Positions 62,127 through 64,000 of a DNA stretch of 64,000 nucleotides are shown one piece after another. A model generated the notes under the pieces. That model worked only from the letters and a program-made list of their open reading frames with translations, was not told the origin of the DNA and searched no databases. The DNA comes from Candidatus Eiseniibacteriota bacterium (GTDB lineage Bacteria; Eisenbacteria; RBG-16-71-46). The stretch spans positions 2,112,001 to 2,176,000 of the forward strand of contig OY970342.1 in NCBI GenBank assembly GCA_963717505.1, read 5' to 3'. Numbering within the stretch: position 1 is the first letter of the stretch; each line of letters opens with the position of its first letter. Both the position numbers and the translations under genes were made by a program.

Positions 62127-63374
62127 ATGCGCGCGTATTCCTGCAAGGGCCTCAACAATCGTGAGGTCCTGGAGAAGCTCTGCGAGCAAGCTGGCCCAGA
62201 ATCGTGGAAACACGGCCGAGATACTGGCCCTGATCGCCGAGGCCGAAACCCGCCGGCTCTTCGTACCGGCCGGCTATCCGTCGATGTACGAGTACTGCGT
62301 CCGGGAACTGCACATGTCGGAGCACGAGGCCCTGCTGCGAATCCGGGCGGCCCGGGCAGCTCGGCAGCATCCGGCGATCTTCGGCGCGATCGCCGCAGGG
62401 TCGGCTGCATCTGACGGCCGTGGTCTTGCTCAAGCCGTGCCTGACCCGCGACAACGCCCACGAACTGATCGCCGCCGCCACACACAAGACCAAGGCCGAG
62501 ATCGAGCTGCTGCTGGCCCAGCGCTTCCCGGGGCGGGACCTGCCCAGCCGGATCCGGGCTATCGCTCCGTCGCCGGCGACGAACGGTCAACTCGCTCCAG
62601 AACGAGTTGATGAACGGGGTGGCCGCCGGCGAACTCGCTCCAGAACGAGTTGGGACGCAGGCCGGTGAACTAGCTTCAGAACGAGTTACGACTGGCCAAC
62701 TAGCTCCAGAACGAGTTGAGACGCCGGCCGGGGAACTAGTTCCAGAACGAGTTATGCCAGCAGGCCAACTAGCTCCAGAACGAGTTACGAACGGTGAACT
62801 AGCGCCAGAACGAGTTGAGATGTCGGCCGGCCAACTAGTTCCAGAACGAGTTGCCGAGCCCTATCCCAGGGTGAAGCCATTGTCGCCGCAGCGTTTCGGG
62901 ATCCAGTTCACCATCGACCAGGCGACCCACGACGACCTGCGCTGCGTCCAGGCGCTGCTCGGCCACCAGGTTCCTTCAGGGGATTTGGCCCAAGTGTTCG
63001 CTCGGGCGCTCAAGGCGCTCAAGAAGGAGCTCGAAAAGAGCAAACTTGCGGCGACCGACCGGCCGTGCGCGAAGCCCAGGCCTGCCACCAACAAGCGCAC
63101 GATTCCAGCGCACGTGAAACGCGCCGTCAGAGAGCGCGACGGAGACCAGTGCAGCTTCGTGGGCACCAAGGGCAATCGATGCCCGGCGCATGGTCGGCTC
63201 GAATTTGATCATATCGAGCCTGTCGCAAGGGGCGGCGAGTCGACGGTGGAGAACCTGAGGCTACGCTGCCGAACGCATAACCAGTACGAGGCGGAACAGG
63301 TGTTCGGCGACGGATTCATGCACCAGAAGCGCGAAGCCGCGCGGAGCGTGGCGCAGGTTTGGCACCCCGTGTAG
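62127..63374 (+). CDS. DUF222-like HNH endonuclease with an internal repeat linker; frameshifts near 62182, 62398 and 62610
   Basis: N-terminal LIAE...RRLF...GYPSMYEYCVREL and AIAAGRLHLT. RHH-like RFGIQFTIDQATHDDL. C-terminal IPAHVKRAVRERDGDQC...C...LEFDHIEPVARGG...NLRLRCRTHN. Confidence 0.85.
62589..62852 (+). repeat. Eight copies of the 20-bp quasi-palindrome AACT(C/A)GCTCCAGAACGAGTT with non-identical spacers
   Basis: Copies start at 62589, 62632, 62668, 62698, 62734, 62767, 62797 and 62833; spacers are 23, 16, 10, 16, 13, 10 and 16 nt. Confidence 0.92.
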
Positions 63375-63375
63375 C

Positions 63376-63652
63376 TCAACCCACGTGGCGCTTGAGCAAC
63401 ATGTCCATGGCCTCGATCGAGAACTTGTTCAGCCCGATGATGTGCGCCTTCGCTCGGAACGGCGGAGGCACCGTCATGCGCGCCTCTTCCTTGGTGTCGC
63501 ACTCGATCACGATCCAGGCGCGATGGTCGCCATCCATGCAGCCAAAGTCAGCATGGGTCAGAATGAGAGCGAGTCCGAGCAGGACTTTCGACGGCCCGGG
63601 CGCACGCGATAGTCTCGGCTTCGTGCGGGACTTCGATCATGAATCTAGCCAT
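63376..63652 (-). CDS. Small conserved-looking hypothetical protein (~90 aa), frameshifted near 63570-63590; absent from the ORF track
   Basis: AGGAG RBS, then MARFMIEVPHEAETIACARAVE...(shift)...THADFGCMDGDHRAWIIVECDTKEEARMTVPPPFRAKAHIIGLNKFSIE...*. Confidence 0.65.
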
Positions 63653-64000
63653 AGTGACTTCTCCTGTTGAAGAGCCGAACTCAGTGCGGCCAGGATACGT
63701 CCGCGGCCGGGCCGCAAACAAAGCGTGTTCTGGGGCGCCAGCTCAGGAAGGCTACGGCCCGGATCGCCCCGCCGCTTCGACCCGCGTCACGGCATCATGG
63801 CGGACCGCGATGGCCACGAAGCCCTGCGGGTCGCCCGGCAGTCGGTAGCCCAGCAACGTGTATGGCTCGAGCACACCAGCCTGCCCACTCGGGCTTGAAG
63901 TCGAGACCGAGCCGCAAGGCCCTCGAGGGTCGGCGCACTTCGGGATGGCCAAGTAAGAATTGTGGTGGCCGCTCGAGGAGCGCTGCGCCCGACAAGTAGT

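Noticed and set aside
62589-62852. CRISPR array
   Set aside because: Spacers are only 10-23 nt and keep the reading frame, repeats are 20 bp, and no cas genes are in the window. Reported instead as a coding repeat-spacer array.
63752-64000. 3' end of a minus-strand gene running off the window
   Set aside because: The frame is open but has no recognisable motif and is too short to support a call.

Overview
High-GC bacterial chromosome segment. The gene content (six secreted proteins ending in a FlgD-Ig/T9SS-type C-terminal domain, a PadR plus ADOP permease pair, kinase-PD40 receptors, a DUF222-like HNH) suggests an FCB-superphylum candidate lineage such as Ca. Eisenbacteria; this is inference only. 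1-34.6 kb is mostly a secretome cluster: a 5'-truncated >3,300-aa modular subtilase, an aminotransferase, a cohesin/dockerin-like protein, a TonB-dependent receptor, a ~4,800-aa protein of 59 InlB-B-type repeats fused to a PQQ sugar dehydrogenase, a CxxCH/Reeler-like protein, a methyltransferase and an M12 metalloprotease. 34.6-53.6 kb holds transport, peptidase and signalling genes. 53.6-59 kb is the core tRNA-ffs-dnaX-ybaB-recR block, with a hicBA-like islet after tRNA-Ser(GGA). 59-64 kb has two paralogous dioxygenase-like genes and an HNH endonuclease whose linker carries eight copies of a palindromic 20-bp DNA motif. Many single-base frameshifts, including in dnaX, cluster at 22.9-30.3 kb and 50-64 kb and are most likely long-read sequencing errors. 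All family assignments come from recognising motifs by eye; no database search was run.
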